From: Fimbriiglobus sp. | Lineage (GTDB): Bacteria; Planctomycetota; Planctomycetia; Gemmatales; Gemmataceae | Direction of reading: 5' to 3' | DNA length: 64,000 nt | Assembly (NCBI GenBank): GCA_043787415.1 | Contig: JAYVUZ010000240.1 | Span: forward strand, 1,028-65,027 | Part shown: piece after piece, positions 27,629 to 37,351 of the stretch | How positions within the stretch are numbered: position 1 is the stretch's first letter | Layout of the letters: each line of letters begins with the position of its first letter | The notes under the pieces: model-generated | The model's database searches: none | Seen by the model: only the letters and a program-made list of their open reading frames with translations | Told to the model about the DNA's origin: nothing | Position numbers and translations under genes: made by a program

Positions 27629-27771
27629 CGTGTCCCGATGGTAGCAGTCGGCCGGGCGGACACAAACCGTTTCCCGGGAAGGCGGTTCGAGGTCGCTGCC
27701 GACATGGCCGGTCCGGGCGAAAATTCGTAAAATGCTCGTGTTGGAATGCCCCGTCTCGCTGGAGTGCTGGC

Positions 27772-30483
27772 TTGGCCGACGTCACCCTCCCCCCGAACTT
27801 CCCGTCGGCGGCCGACGACGCCCGTAACGCCCCGCTCGACATCGTGGACGAGCTGAGGGACAGCTACCTGACTTACGCCCAGTCGGTGATGGTCAGCCGG
27901 GCGTTGCCGGACGTCCGCGACGGCCTGAAGCCGTCCCAACGGCGCATCCTCGTGGCCATGCGTGACCTCGGGCTGAACCCGACCAGTGCCACGTCGAAGT
28001 GCGCCGGCATCATCGGCGAGACGATGAAGCGGTATCACCCGCACGGCGATTCCAGCATCTATGACACGCTGGTACGGCTCGCCCAAGATTGGGTGATGCG
28101 ACAGCGGCTGATCCACGGCCAAGGGAACTTTGGGAGCATCGCCGGGTTGCCCCCCGCCGCCCACCGTTACACCGAAGCCCGGCTCACCCCCGCCGCCGCC
28201 GAGCTGCTCGAAGACCTGGACGCCGAGACGGTCGATTTCATCGACAACTACGACGGCAAATATCGTGAGCCGCTCGTACTCCCAGGCAAATTTCCGAACT
28301 TACTGGTCAACGGGTCGGACGGCATCGCCGTCGGCATGGCCACGGACATCCCCCCACACAACCTCCGAGAGGTGTGTGCCGGCCTGATGAAACTGATCGA
28401 CGAGCCGGACGCCACCCTGCACGAGCTGATGGAGCTGATCCCCGGGCCGGACTTCCCGACCGGCGGCATCGTCATGGGCCGGCACGGCATCGCCCGCGGC
28501 TACCTCGGCGAGCGGTCCCGCATGACCCTGCGGGCGCGGGCCGAGGTGGTGGAGGAGGGCAAGAGCCAGCACGTCCTGATCCGCGAGGTGCCGTACCAGG
28601 TCACGCGGAACAAGTTGATGGCGGACATCGCCGAGGCGGCCAAGGACGGGGGGAAGGACAGCCCGGCTCGGATCGCCGGGATTTCGGCCGTGACGGACGA
28701 GTCCAGCGCCCGCACCGGCGAGCCGGTCCGCATCGTGGTCGAGCTGAAGCGGGGCGTGGACGCCCACATGGTGCTCAACCAGCTCTACCAGTACACCCCG
28801 CTCCAGAAGACGGTCAGCGTCGGGATGCTAGCCCTGGTGGACGGCCGGCCGCAGTTCCTGACGCTCAAGGAGATGATGCAGAAGTACCTGGACCACCGGG
28901 TCCAGGTCATCCGCCGGCGGACCAGCTACTACCTCCGCGAGGCCAAGAAGCGGGGCCACACCCTCGAAGGCCAGCTCATTGCGATTTCCTCTCTGGACGA
29001 GGTGATCGAGATTTGCCGGCGGTCGCCCAGCCGGGCCGAGGCCAAGGAGCGGCTCCAGGGGATGGCCGTCGCCCCGGCGGTGATGGAGCGGGCCATCGGC
29101 CAGTTGGCGTTCGCCGCCCTCACGAGCGAACTCGGCGCGGTGGACGCCTACCGCATGACCGAGGCCCAGGCCGAGGCGGTGGTGCGGATGCAGCTCGGCC
29201 AGCTCGCCGCCCTGGAGAGCGACGCCATCCTCAAGGAGTACACCACACTCCGCGGCGAGATCCGCTCCTACGAGGCCCTGCTGGCCGACGACGGCCAGGT
29301 GAACGACATCATCCGGGCCGACCTCCAGGAGATGGCCGCCAAGTACGGGTCGGACCGGAAGACGGAAATCACGGACGACGGCGGCGACGTGGACCTGGAA
29401 GACCTGATTTCCGACGAGCCGTGCGTGGTGACCATCAGCCACCAGGGGTTCGTCAAGCGGATGCCGGTGGACACCTACCGGGTGCAGGGCCGGGGCGGGA
29501 AGGGGGTCCGCGGCGGGCTGAAGGAGGACGACTTCGTCGAGCACTTCTTCACGGCGACGACCAAGAGCTACCTGCTGATTTTCACCGACAAGGGGCAGTG
29601 CTACTGGCTCAAGGTGTACCGGGTGCCGTCGGCCAACCGGGACTCGGCCGGCCGGTCCGTCGCCAACGTATTGTCCCTGAAGGCCGACGAGAAGATCGCC
29701 GGGGTCATCCCGGTCCGGCAGTTCGAGGACGGCGTGTTCCTGCTCATGGCCACCCGCCAGGGGCTGGTCAAGAAGACCTCGCTCATGGAGTACAGCCGGC
29801 CGCGACAGGGGGGCATCATCGGCATCAACCTGGAAGACGGTGACGCGCTGATTGATGTCTGTCTGACACGGCCTGGCGACGAGGTGGTGCTGTCCACCCG
29901 CACCGGCATGGCCATCCGGTTCAGCGAGGCCGACGCCCGGGCGATGGGCCGGGGGGCGACCGGGGTGTGGGGCATCAAGATGAAGGCCGGGGCCGACGAA
30001 CTGGTGGGCATGGTGGTCGCCGACGCCGAGGGCATGTTGCTGACGGTGTGCGAGAACGGGTACGGCAAGCGGACCCCGTTCGGGCCGAACGAGCCGGCGG
30101 TCGCCGATGAGGTGGTGGACGACGAGGCCGCCGAAAGTCCGCCCGCGGCCGAGGCCGGGGAGGACGCCGAGCCGGCCGAGCGCGGGTCGATGCGGTACCG
30201 CCGGCAGCGGCGGGGCGGGAAGGGCGTCCGGGACATCCGCACCAGCGAGCGGAACGGCCCGGTGGTCGGGGTGGTGGACGTGCGGGAGGGCGACGAGGTC
30301 ATGCTCATCACGACCGGCGGCATGGTGACGCGGAGCCGGGTGGACGCCGTCCGCGTGACCGGCCGCAACGCCCAGGGGGTGCGGGTGATGAACCTGAAAC
30401 CGGGCGACAAGGTGGCCACCCTCGCCAAGGTGGCCCCGGGCACGGGGGCGGACGAGTCCACGGCCGTCACACCGCAGGAGTGA
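27772..30483 (+). CDS. gyrA: DNA gyrase subunit A
   Basis: [37 protein letters not shown], active-site [10 protein letters not shown], beta-pinwheel C-terminal domain. TTG start is preceded by GGAG. Confidence 0.97.
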   Translation: MADVTLPPNFPSAADDARNAPLDIVDELRDSYLTYAQSVMVSRALPDVRDGLKPSQRRILVAMRDLGLNPTSATSKCAGIIGETMKRYHPHGDSSIYDTLVRLAQDWVMRQRLIHGQGNFGSIAGLPPAAHRYTEARLTPAAAELLEDLDAETVDFIDNYDGKYREPLVLPGKFPNLLVNGSDGIAVGMATDIPPHNLREVCAGLMKLIDEPDATLHELMELIPGPDFPTGGIVMGRHGIARGYLGERSRMTLRARAEVVEEGKSQHVLIREVPYQVTRNKLMADIAEAAKDGGKDSPARIAGISAVTDESSARTGEPVRIVVELKRGVDAHMVLNQLYQYTPLQKTVSVGMLALVDGRPQFLTLKEMMQKYLDHRVQVIRRRTSYYLREAKKRGHTLEGQLIAISSLDEVIEICRRSPSRAEAKERLQGMAVAPAVMERAIGQLAFAALTSELGAVDAYRMTEAQAEAVVRMQLGQLAALESDAILKEYTTLRGEIRSYEALLADDGQVNDIIRADLQEMAAKYGSDRKTEITDDGGDVDLEDLISDEPCVVTISHQGFVKRMPVDTYRVQGRGGKGVRGGLKEDDFVEHFFTATTKSYLLIFTDKGQCYWLKVYRVPSANRDSAGRSVANVLSLKADEKIAGVIPVRQFEDGVFLLMATRQGLVKKTSLMEYSRPRQGGIIGINLEDGDALIDVCLTRPGDEVVLSTRTGMAIRFSEADARAMGRGATGVWGIKMKAGADELVGMVVADAEGMLLTVCENGYGKRTPFGPNEPAVADEVVDDEAAESPPAAEAGEDAEPAERGSMRYRRQRRGGKGVRDIRTSERNGPVVGVVDVREGDEVMLITTGGMVTRSRVDAVRVTGRNAQGVRVMNLKPGDKVATLAKVAPGTGADESTAVTPQE

Positions 30484-30487
30484 GTCG

Positions 30488-31489
30488 ATGCGGGTGCTCA
30501 TCACCGGCGGGTACGGGTTCATCGGGGCGTGGATCGCCCGCAGCCTGCTGGCCCGCGGGGCGGCGGTCGTCAGCTACGACCTCCGCGAGGACGCCCGTCG
30601 GCTGCGGCTCGTCCTGAGTGACAGCGAGGTGTCACAAGTCGCCTTCGCCCCCGGCGACGTGACCGACACCGCCGCCCTGACGGCCGCCATCCGACGGCAC
30701 GGAGCCACCCACGTCATCCATCTGGCGGGTCTACAGGTGCCGACATGTCGGGCCGACCCGGTCCTCGGGGCCACGGTCAACGTGGTCGGCACGCTCAGCG
30801 TGTTTGAAGCCGCTCGCGCAACCGGCGTCCAGCGGGTGGTGTACGCCAGCACGGCGGCGGTGTTCGGCCCGCCGGCCGCCTACCCGCCGGGATCGCAGCC
30901 GGACGACGCACCGTTGCTGCCGGCCACACACTACGGCGTGTTCAAGGTGTGCAACGAGGGGAACGCCCGGGTGTACGCCCAGGACCACGGGCTGACCAGC
31001 GTCGGCCTGCGGCCGTGGGCGGTGTACGGCGTCGGCCGCGACCTGGGCATGACCAGTGAACCCACCAAAGCCGTCAAGGCGGCGGTCCTCGGCCGCCCAT
31101 TCGCCGTCAGCTTCGGCGGGGTGATGGACTTCCAGTACGTGTGGGACGTGGCCGAGGCATTCGTGCTGGCCTGCGAGCGGCCGTTCACCGGGGCCGGGGC
31201 GTTCAACCTCCGCGGAGCGGTGGCGTCGCTGGACGAGTTCCGGCGGACCCTGGTGCGGGTGCTGCCGGCGGCCGAGAACCTGGTGACGGTCGGCACGTCC
31301 CAGATCGGCATCGCCTACGACTTGGCCGACGACGGCGTCACGGCCGCGCTCGGGGCGTTGCCAAAGACGAGCCTGGAAGACGGCATCCGGGACACGGTCG
31401 AGCGGTTCCGAGCGCTGAACGCCGAGGGCCGGCTGGACGCGAGTGAGTTGGATACTGCCCTACCGCCGCCGGTTGCGGACGAGGTGTAA
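30488..31489 (+). CDS. NAD-dependent epimerase/dehydratase
   Basis: ITGGYGFIGAW Rossmann motif and YxxxK (YGVFK). Starts 4 nt after gyrA. Confidence 0.9.
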   Translation: MRVLITGGYGFIGAWIARSLLARGAAVVSYDLREDARRLRLVLSDSEVSQVAFAPGDVTDTAALTAAIRRHGATHVIHLAGLQVPTCRADPVLGATVNVVGTLSVFEAARATGVQRVVYASTAAVFGPPAAYPPGSQPDDAPLLPATHYGVFKVCNEGNARVYAQDHGLTSVGLRPWAVYGVGRDLGMTSEPTKAVKAAVLGRPFAVSFGGVMDFQYVWDVAEAFVLACERPFTGAGAFNLRGAVASLDEFRRTLVRVLPAAENLVTVGTSQIGIAYDLADDGVTAALGALPKTSLEDGIRDTVERFRALNAEGRLDASELDTALPPPVADEV

Positions 31490-31494
31490 CCAAC

Positions 31495-31523
31495 GTCCGC
31501 CCGCGCTCGACGCACGGGCGGAC
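31495..31523. terminator. 9-bp-stem hairpin between convergent genes
   Basis: gtccgcccg - 11 nt - cgggcggac, between the stops at 31489 (+) and 31530 (-). Confidence 0.45.
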
Positions 31524-31529
31524 AGGGGG

Positions 31530-32162
31530 TCATTTCAGCTCGACCGACCAGTACGCGGCGTCCAGGAACGACTGCCACGACTGGTACTTTCGCTGCGACA
31601 GCTTCAGGTTCAGCACCGGGCTGCGCTTCGGCTTCTCCGGCTTGCGGGTCAGCGCCATGTTCGCCTGCCGCGGGGTCCGCCCGCCCTTCCGCACGTTGCA
31701 GTCCACGCAGGCACAGACGATGTTCTCCCAGGTGGCCAGCCCGCCCTGGCTCCGCGGGATGACGTGGTCCAGCGACAGCTCGCTGGTCACGAACTTCTTG
31801 CCGCAGTACTGGCACTGATTGTTGTCCCGGGCGAACAGGTTCCGCCGGTTGAACTTGACCGTCTGCCGGGGCACCTTGTCGTACCCGACCAGCCGGATCA
31901 CCCGGGGGGCCTGAATCTCCGCCGTCGGCGTCCGCACCCAGTCGTCGTCCTCCTGACGGAAGTGGGCTGCCCGGTACGCGCTCAGCTCGGCCCACGACGC
32001 GAAGTCGTAAGTGGCGTAGGTGCCGTCCTCCTGGGACACCACTTCGGCCAGGTCTTTGCACAACAGGCCGAACGCCCGCCGGACGCTGATCACATGGACG
32101 GCCATGTACATCTTGTTGAGCACGAGGACACTGGCGTCCAGCGGCGTGTAGCCGGCGGTCAT
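31530..32162 (-). CDS. HNH endonuclease
   Basis: CQYCGKK...LSLDHVIPRSQGG...WENIVCACVDCNVRKG (HNH with a Cys4 zinc site). ATG at 32162 is preferred over the upstream start at 32258. Confidence 0.85.
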   Translation of the reverse strand: MTAGYTPLDASVLVLNKMYMAVHVISVRRAFGLLCKDLAEVVSQEDGTYATYDFASWAELSAYRAAHFRQEDDDWVRTPTAEIQAPRVIRLVGYDKVPRQTVKFNRRNLFARDNNQCQYCGKKFVTSELSLDHVIPRSQGGLATWENIVCACVDCNVRKGGRTPRQANMALTRKPEKPKRSPVLNLKLSQRKYQSWQSFLDAAYWSVELK

Positions 32163-32337
32163 GGGGCGGACCTCGTTCTCGGTGGTTAGGCGGCGGGCCG
32201 GACCGGCGACCCGCGTCGTCGGGAGAGGAGGGGAGGAGTGGGGGTGAGGTTCAGTCACGCTGGTATTCTACCCCACCCGCCAAACCGGACGCAAGCAACG
32301 GCCGTGGGGAAGGGGCCGACTTCACACGCCGCTCACG

Positions 32338-33441
32338 TCACGGTCGCAGCACCAGCCGACGCAGCTGATCGGCGGCCCGGGCCACCCGCTCCGCGCATCC
32401 GGTTAGCCGGCAGGTGGCGACCGTGACCGTCACCCCGGCCGGGGTGTCGTAGCGGATGCGCGTGAACCGCCGGCCGGGGTAGATGAGGCCGGCCGCCCGC
32501 ACGCCGAGAGCGGCGGCGTAGCCGAGCGCCTGGTGTAAGTCGTCCGGGTGCGGGCCGGCCGCCAGTAGCGGCTTCCACTTCACGTCCCAGACGGCGGCCG
32601 GCCGGCTGTGGGCGTCTAGCACGAGGAGATCGGGGCGCATCTCAACCGTGGGCCGACCTGCCGGGCCGCGGAGGAGCAACGGATGTTGGGGCACGACGGA
32701 CCGCCCCGCCAGCGGGGTTGCGAGCAAGTGTTCAAGATGCGATTCGAACAGCCGTTCCAAATTCAGTAACAGCCCGTGATCCAGCGCCACCTCGATCTGT
32801 CGGCACCACGCGAGTAACGGTCGGTAGCCGGCGAGCCGTGGGTCGCTGAAAGCGGCCGGCGGCGTCGGGTGCGGTCGGACCCCGGTGAATCCGTCCGCCG
32901 CTGCCTGGAGGGCGGTGCGGGTGGTCGGGTCGAGCGGGCCGGCGAGCAACCGGCCCGCAACAGCCAGCGGCCAGCCGTTCCACGGCTGATCGGCCGTGAA
33001 CTCGTCCACCGCCTGGGTGAACCCGACGGCCGATCGCTGGAACGTCGCGGCGAAGTCGATGCGCCCACGCACGAAAGCCGCGTGTTCTGGCCGCTCGGCG
33101 TACCCGCGGGCCAAGCCGGCCGCCGACCGCTCGGCCAGGAGGTCCGCCAGTTGCCCGGCCAGTGCGGACCGGAGTTCGCGGCCCAGATCGGCGTCGCCGA
33201 TTCGACCAACCGCGAGCAGCCGCGCGGCGGCCTCCCAGCCGAGTTTCGGTGTCACTTCCCAGACGCAGTTGGGCGTTGCGAAGGTGCCGACCCAGCCGCG
33301 GGCGGTCAGCCGGTAGCGACCCCGGTCGGCGGTCGGCAGCACCTCGACGACGTGCGGCCAGTCGGTTGACAGCGCGGCCGCATCAGCCCGCGGTAGCCGG
33401 CGGACTTCGGTCCGCCGCTCGACCAGCCGGATTCGCCTCAT
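32338..33441 (-). CDS. McrC-like PD-(D/E)xK nuclease subunit
   Basis: MRPDLLVLD-x9-VWDVKWK ... DLHQALGY ... GLIYP parallels E. coli McrC TDITI..IVDAKYY..NLYQLMNY..LLIYP. 367 aa. Confidence 0.78.
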   Translation of the reverse strand: MRRIRLVERRTEVRRLPRADAAALSTDWPHVVEVLPTADRGRYRLTARGWVGTFATPNCVWEVTPKLGWEAAARLLAVGRIGDADLGRELRSALAGQLADLLAERSAAGLARGYAERPEHAAFVRGRIDFAATFQRSAVGFTQAVDEFTADQPWNGWPLAVAGRLLAGPLDPTTRTALQAAADGFTGVRPHPTPPAAFSDPRLAGYRPLLAWCRQIEVALDHGLLLNLERLFESHLEHLLATPLAGRSVVPQHPLLLRGPAGRPTVEMRPDLLVLDAHSRPAAVWDVKWKPLLAAGPHPDDLHQALGYAAALGVRAAGLIYPGRRFTRIRYDTPAGVTVTVATCRLTGCAERVARAADQLRRLVLRP

Positions 33442-33532
33442 GGGGTGTCAGACGGGGCAGGGGGGAGCGCCGGCAGCCTGCGGGCGGCCGGGTCGAACAG
33501 CCGGAACACCACGTCGCCCTTTCTGTCGCTGG

Positions 33533-34345
33533 TCAGCGGTGAGCCACCGTCGTCTCCACCAATGCCAGTTCACCCCGTAGCCCTGCTTGGAAAAACCGCT
33601 CGCCGGCCTCCCGCTCGAACGCCGCTTGAAGCCCGGCCAGTTCGGCGTCCGGCTGGCACAAGCCGAGTACCCGTTCGGCCGACCGGGCCACGACCTGGGT
33701 GCAGGCGATCCGCACCAGTTGGGCGATCAGGGTCGGCTCGTCGCCGATCGATCGGGCCGTGTTCAGCCCGGCCAGCAGGTGCCCGACCGCCGCAGACGGG
33801 TCGCCGTCGAGGGCGGCAACCGCCGCCGCAATGCTCAGCACACTCTCGACGGCCCGCCGCTCATGGATTGAGTTCAGGTTGGCCGGAAGGGCATTCAACC
33901 CCGGCACCACGGTCGCGCTGCCGCCAACGGGCTGGTCCCAGAGAGTTTCGGCGGCGCGACGAGTTTCAGCGGTCTGTTTCAGCACCGCCCGCAGGCGGAC
34001 AGCTTCCTCAGCCACCGGCTGACGGTTGGACGGTCCGTCGTAGTGCCAGTGGTCGTCGTTCAGCGTGCGGTCCCAGCCCTCGGGTAGGAGCTTCGAGGCG
34101 GCAGCGACGGTGTCGGCCGAATTCGTCGGCAGCTTGCTGAGGGTGTCGTTCCGCGTGGCGATCAGATCGGGAAGTCGCCAGTTCGGGTTCTCGGCGTCGA
34201 GTTCGGTGGCTACGGCAGCAAGCTCCCGCTGACCCTGCCAGCGGGTGGTCAGATACCATGCCGGTGGGACTGACACGGCCCCCAAAAAGAAGGCGACCAC
34301 CCACGGCCAAAGCCGGCGGCGAGAGGACGTTACCTCGTGCATCAT
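33533..34345 (-). CDS. Membrane-anchored helical protein of unknown function, lying between the McrB-like and McrC-like genes
   Basis: The ATGATG start embeds the upstream TGA (34340-34345). One TM (LWPWVVAFFLGAVSVPPAWYL), then a helical domain of about 230 aa (…IGDEPTLIAQLVRIA…). No family name recalled. Confidence 0.6.
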   Translation of the reverse strand: MMHEVTSSRRRLWPWVVAFFLGAVSVPPAWYLTTRWQGQRELAAVATELDAENPNWRLPDLIATRNDTLSKLPTNSADTVAAASKLLPEGWDRTLNDDHWHYDGPSNRQPVAEEAVRLRAVLKQTAETRRAAETLWDQPVGGSATVVPGLNALPANLNSIHERRAVESVLSIAAAVAALDGDPSAAVGHLLAGLNTARSIGDEPTLIAQLVRIACTQVVARSAERVLGLCQPDAELAGLQAAFEREAGERFFQAGLRGELALVETTVAHR

Positions 34346-37011
34346 CGGGCGACCTCCGGGGCCGACGGGCGGCGCTTGCGAGTGGCGGCCGCGTCGGGGG
34401 CGAACGGGGCCAGCCGGTCGAGCCGGTCCGGGCGGCCGGCGAACAGGTCGGCCAACGCCGGCCGCACCTCGTGTTTCCAAGTGGTTCGTACCAGGTCACG
34501 GGTCATTTGCTCCCGCAGCCAGTAGGCGTGGCCGATCTGCCGGTCCGGGCCGAAGTCGCGGGCGAGTTGGCCGTTCACCTGCTCGAACCAGTTGACCAGG
34601 TGGCCGCCGAATTCCGGGTCCGGGTCGGCCGGCGGGTGGCGGGTGAGCCAGCGGCTGAGCACCGCCGCGTCCGGCGGCATGTCGATGAAGGCGAACCGCC
34701 GGCGGGTGGCCTGGTCGAGCGGCGTCACCGAGCGGTCGGCCGGGTTGAGGGTGGCGATCAGCATGAGGTTCGGCGGCAGCCGGAACGGCGCCTTCGAATA
34801 CGGCAGCGTCACCGCCTGGTCGCGGTACTCCATCAGGTACAGCAGCTCGCCGAACACCCGCGGCAGGTTGCCGCGGTTCAGCTCGTCCACCAGCAACACG
34901 TGCTGCTCGGAGGGGTGCCGCGTCGCCCGTTCGGCGAACCGCACCAGCACCCCCGGCTCGACCGGGTATGCTACCGCACCACCGTCCGATTTGGGACGGA
35001 TGCCTTCGACGAACTCCTCGTAGCTGTACGCCGGGTGGAACTGCACTGTCGCCAGTCGCTCGGGTCGGTCGCCGGTCAGATGCCGGGCGAGGCAGCGGGC
35101 GACGTGCGTCTTGCCGGTGCCGGGTACGCCTTGCAGCACCAGTTGCCGCTTGGCCACGAGCAAGCCGATGGCCCGGTCTAGCCACGGCTCGGCGAGCAAG
35201 GTCGCCTCGCGGAAGGCGGTGCGGTCGAACCCGCCGCCGGGCCGGCCGGCCCGCTTCAGCAGCAGCGGCGTCGGGTCGTCCAGCACCGCGGCGGCGAACA
35301 GCGGCAGCAGCCGGTCGAAGGTGAGGATGGCGTCGCCGACCAGCTCCTCGGTGCGGGCGACCGCCTCGGCCGGGCCGAGCCGCACCCCGGCGACGAGGTC
35401 TTTGTTGGCCGCCCACTCGCGGAGGTCGGCGGCCGACCCGAGGATCACCCCGGGGGCGTCCACCCCGCCGGCAAACCGCAAGCTCGCCCCGCCGGTCGCC
35501 TGCAACGCCTCGAACAGTAGTGGGCCGTGGGCCTGGACGTTGGCCCGGAACCGTCGGCCGTCGGCCCGGGCGGTGCGGGACAGGTGGAAGCCGACGGCCA
35601 ACCCGTCGGCCGCCAGCCGTGCGAACAACTGGGCGGCCGTCTTCTTGGTGGCGTGCCGCTGGTAGAAGGTGGCCCACAGCACCGGCTGGTACGGCCCGCT
35701 CTGGCCGTAGTCGTTCTTGCACACGCTGCTCAGTGCCCGCCCGGGCTTGGCCGCGGTCTCCAGTTCCCAGCCGTATTCGCCGCCCAGCACCGGCCGGACG
35801 TACCGCTCGGCCAGGGCGTCGCACAACTCGACCAGCGGCGAGCGGACGGCGTAGCGGTAGCGGTCGCGGGCGGCGGCCATCCACTCGGCCGAGTTGTTGT
35901 CGGCCAGCTCGTCGAGAAAGTGGAAGGTGTCCCGGGCGAAGCCGCCGAACCGGCCGCGGGCAGCATGGGGGGAACGGCGGCCGAGTCGGCCGAGCAGGTC
36001 GCCGACCTCCAGGGGGTGGATGCGGAACCGTTCGCGCAGCACGTCGGCCAGGCCGACGAGCAGGCGGTAGCGACCGAGTGGCGACAGCCCCGGTACGATG
36101 GCGTCGTCAACGGCCTCTTGGCCGGCCGCAACTGTCGTGGACCATGTCGGGAACAGTTTGGGGTGACGCAGGTGCAGCACGCCGGCGGCGAGCCAGAGGC
36201 CGTCACCCGCCAACCAACCGGGGGCCAGTACGTCCAGGTCGTCGGGGTTTCTGACACCTTCGAGCCGCTCGAACCAGTCCGCGGCCGACGGCGGCACGGC
36301 CGGAGACTCCCCACATGCGGCGGCAACCTCGCCGAGCAGTTCGGCGGGGCTGGTCGGAGGCGGTGGGGCAATACGGCGCTTCACCGGCACGTCCGCCCGC
36401 AGCACCCGTACCTCAGCTTTCAGCCGACCATCGCGGCTGTTCAGCCCCGGTTCGGCCGGCCCCGGCTCGCGGCCGGCGGCCCGGCTGACCGCCCGCAGGA
36501 AACGGTCGATCCGGCCAGCGGGCAGGCCCGGCCGGGCTTCCAGTAGCACCTCGTACACGCGGGTGACGGCGGCGAACGATGCGGCCAAGTGATCGCCACC
36601 GCGGTCGACGGCCGACCCAAACCGGACACAGCCGGCCAGCACCTCGGGGCACCACAACGGCAGGCGGGACGGGTCAAGCGCGTGGGCAGCGGCAGCCCAG
36701 AACCGCCAGCCGATGCCCGGGACGAAGTACGGCCCAGTGGCGGACGCACAGCGGGCCAGCCGGTCGGCGAGTGGCCCGTCGCCGCGGTGCAGGTGGGCCA
36801 GGCCGTGCCGTACCCACTCGGCGTTCATGGCCGCAGCCGGGTGCCAGCTACCGAGGGCAGTGACCGCGGCAGACAGATCAGACCGCCAGATGTCAGCAGG
36901 GGTGGCGTCGAGATCGAGCGAAAAGAAGCCGAGGACAGGTTCAGTGACCGCACCGTCGTCGGCGAAGCCGTCGAGCGCGGCGAGCAAGTCGGCGGTACGG
37001 GGTGCGGGCAT
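34342..37011 (-). CDS. McrB-family AAA+ (GTPase-type) protein with a DUF2461-like domain and a duplicated helical N-terminal region
   Basis: GVPGTGKT, LLVDELNRGN, IATLNPADRS, RRRFAFI, QIGHAYW (McrB/AAA_5 set). Central FGGFARDTFHFLDELADNNSAEWMAAARDRYRYAVRSPL matches the DUF2461/TIGR02453 N-terminal signature. ATG at 37011 is preferred over TTG at 37128, but the start is uncertain. Confidence 0.82.
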   Translation of the reverse strand: MPAPRTADLLAALDGFADDGAVTEPVLGFFSLDLDATPADIWRSDLSAAVTALGSWHPAAAMNAEWVRHGLAHLHRGDGPLADRLARCASATGPYFVPGIGWRFWAAAAHALDPSRLPLWCPEVLAGCVRFGSAVDRGGDHLAASFAAVTRVYEVLLEARPGLPAGRIDRFLRAVSRAAGREPGPAEPGLNSRDGRLKAEVRVLRADVPVKRRIAPPPPTSPAELLGEVAAACGESPAVPPSAADWFERLEGVRNPDDLDVLAPGWLAGDGLWLAAGVLHLRHPKLFPTWSTTVAAGQEAVDDAIVPGLSPLGRYRLLVGLADVLRERFRIHPLEVGDLLGRLGRRSPHAARGRFGGFARDTFHFLDELADNNSAEWMAAARDRYRYAVRSPLVELCDALAERYVRPVLGGEYGWELETAAKPGRALSSVCKNDYGQSGPYQPVLWATFYQRHATKKTAAQLFARLAADGLAVGFHLSRTARADGRRFRANVQAHGPLLFEALQATGGASLRFAGGVDAPGVILGSAADLREWAANKDLVAGVRLGPAEAVARTEELVGDAILTFDRLLPLFAAAVLDDPTPLLLKRAGRPGGGFDRTAFREATLLAEPWLDRAIGLLVAKRQLVLQGVPGTGKTHVARCLARHLTGDRPERLATVQFHPAYSYEEFVEGIRPKSDGGAVAYPVEPGVLVRFAERATRHPSEQHVLLVDELNRGNLPRVFGELLYLMEYRDQAVTLPYSKAPFRLPPNLMLIATLNPADRSVTPLDQATRRRFAFIDMPPDAAVLSRWLTRHPPADPDPEFGGHLVNWFEQVNGQLARDFGPDRQIGHAYWLREQMTRDLVRTTWKHEVRPALADLFAGRPDRLDRLAPFAPDAAATRKRRPSAPEVAR

Positions 37012-37351
37012 CGGCCGTGGGATCCAGACCCGGGGTAGCCGATTGTAATGCCGTCGCGGGTGGCAGGGAAGCGAGGTCGTCGGCCAGAAATGAAGCGTCC
37101 CGGCGGCCACCTCCGCGGCGTCGCCCAATCACCGCAGTAGCAACCGCCGGGACAGCTTCAGACTACCGCACCCCGTCGCACGACACAAACCCCAACCGGC
37201 CCGAATCCGGACGGCCGCCCGGCCCGGCGTCGGGAAAGCCGACGGCGGCCGCGGCGGATCGCCCGGCCCGCGGACCGCACATAATTACGATTATCGGACG
37301 CAGACGCTGCACAATTTTCTAGCCGTTCCAGTCATCTCGTCACGCCTTCGG

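Noticed and set aside
27675-27700. tRNA-like GGTTCGAGG T-loop string upstream of gyrA, and a similar GGTTCGACTC on the minus strand near 60975.
   Set aside because: The flanking bases do not form a 5-bp T-stem, and no acceptor or anticodon arms can be drawn. No tRNA is called anywhere in the window.
37012-37128. TTG start at 37128 adding 39 residues to the McrB-like protein.
   Set aside because: It is a TTG with no SD, and the added residues are Pro/Arg/Trp-rich. The first ATG (37011) is preferred, but the true start remains uncertain.
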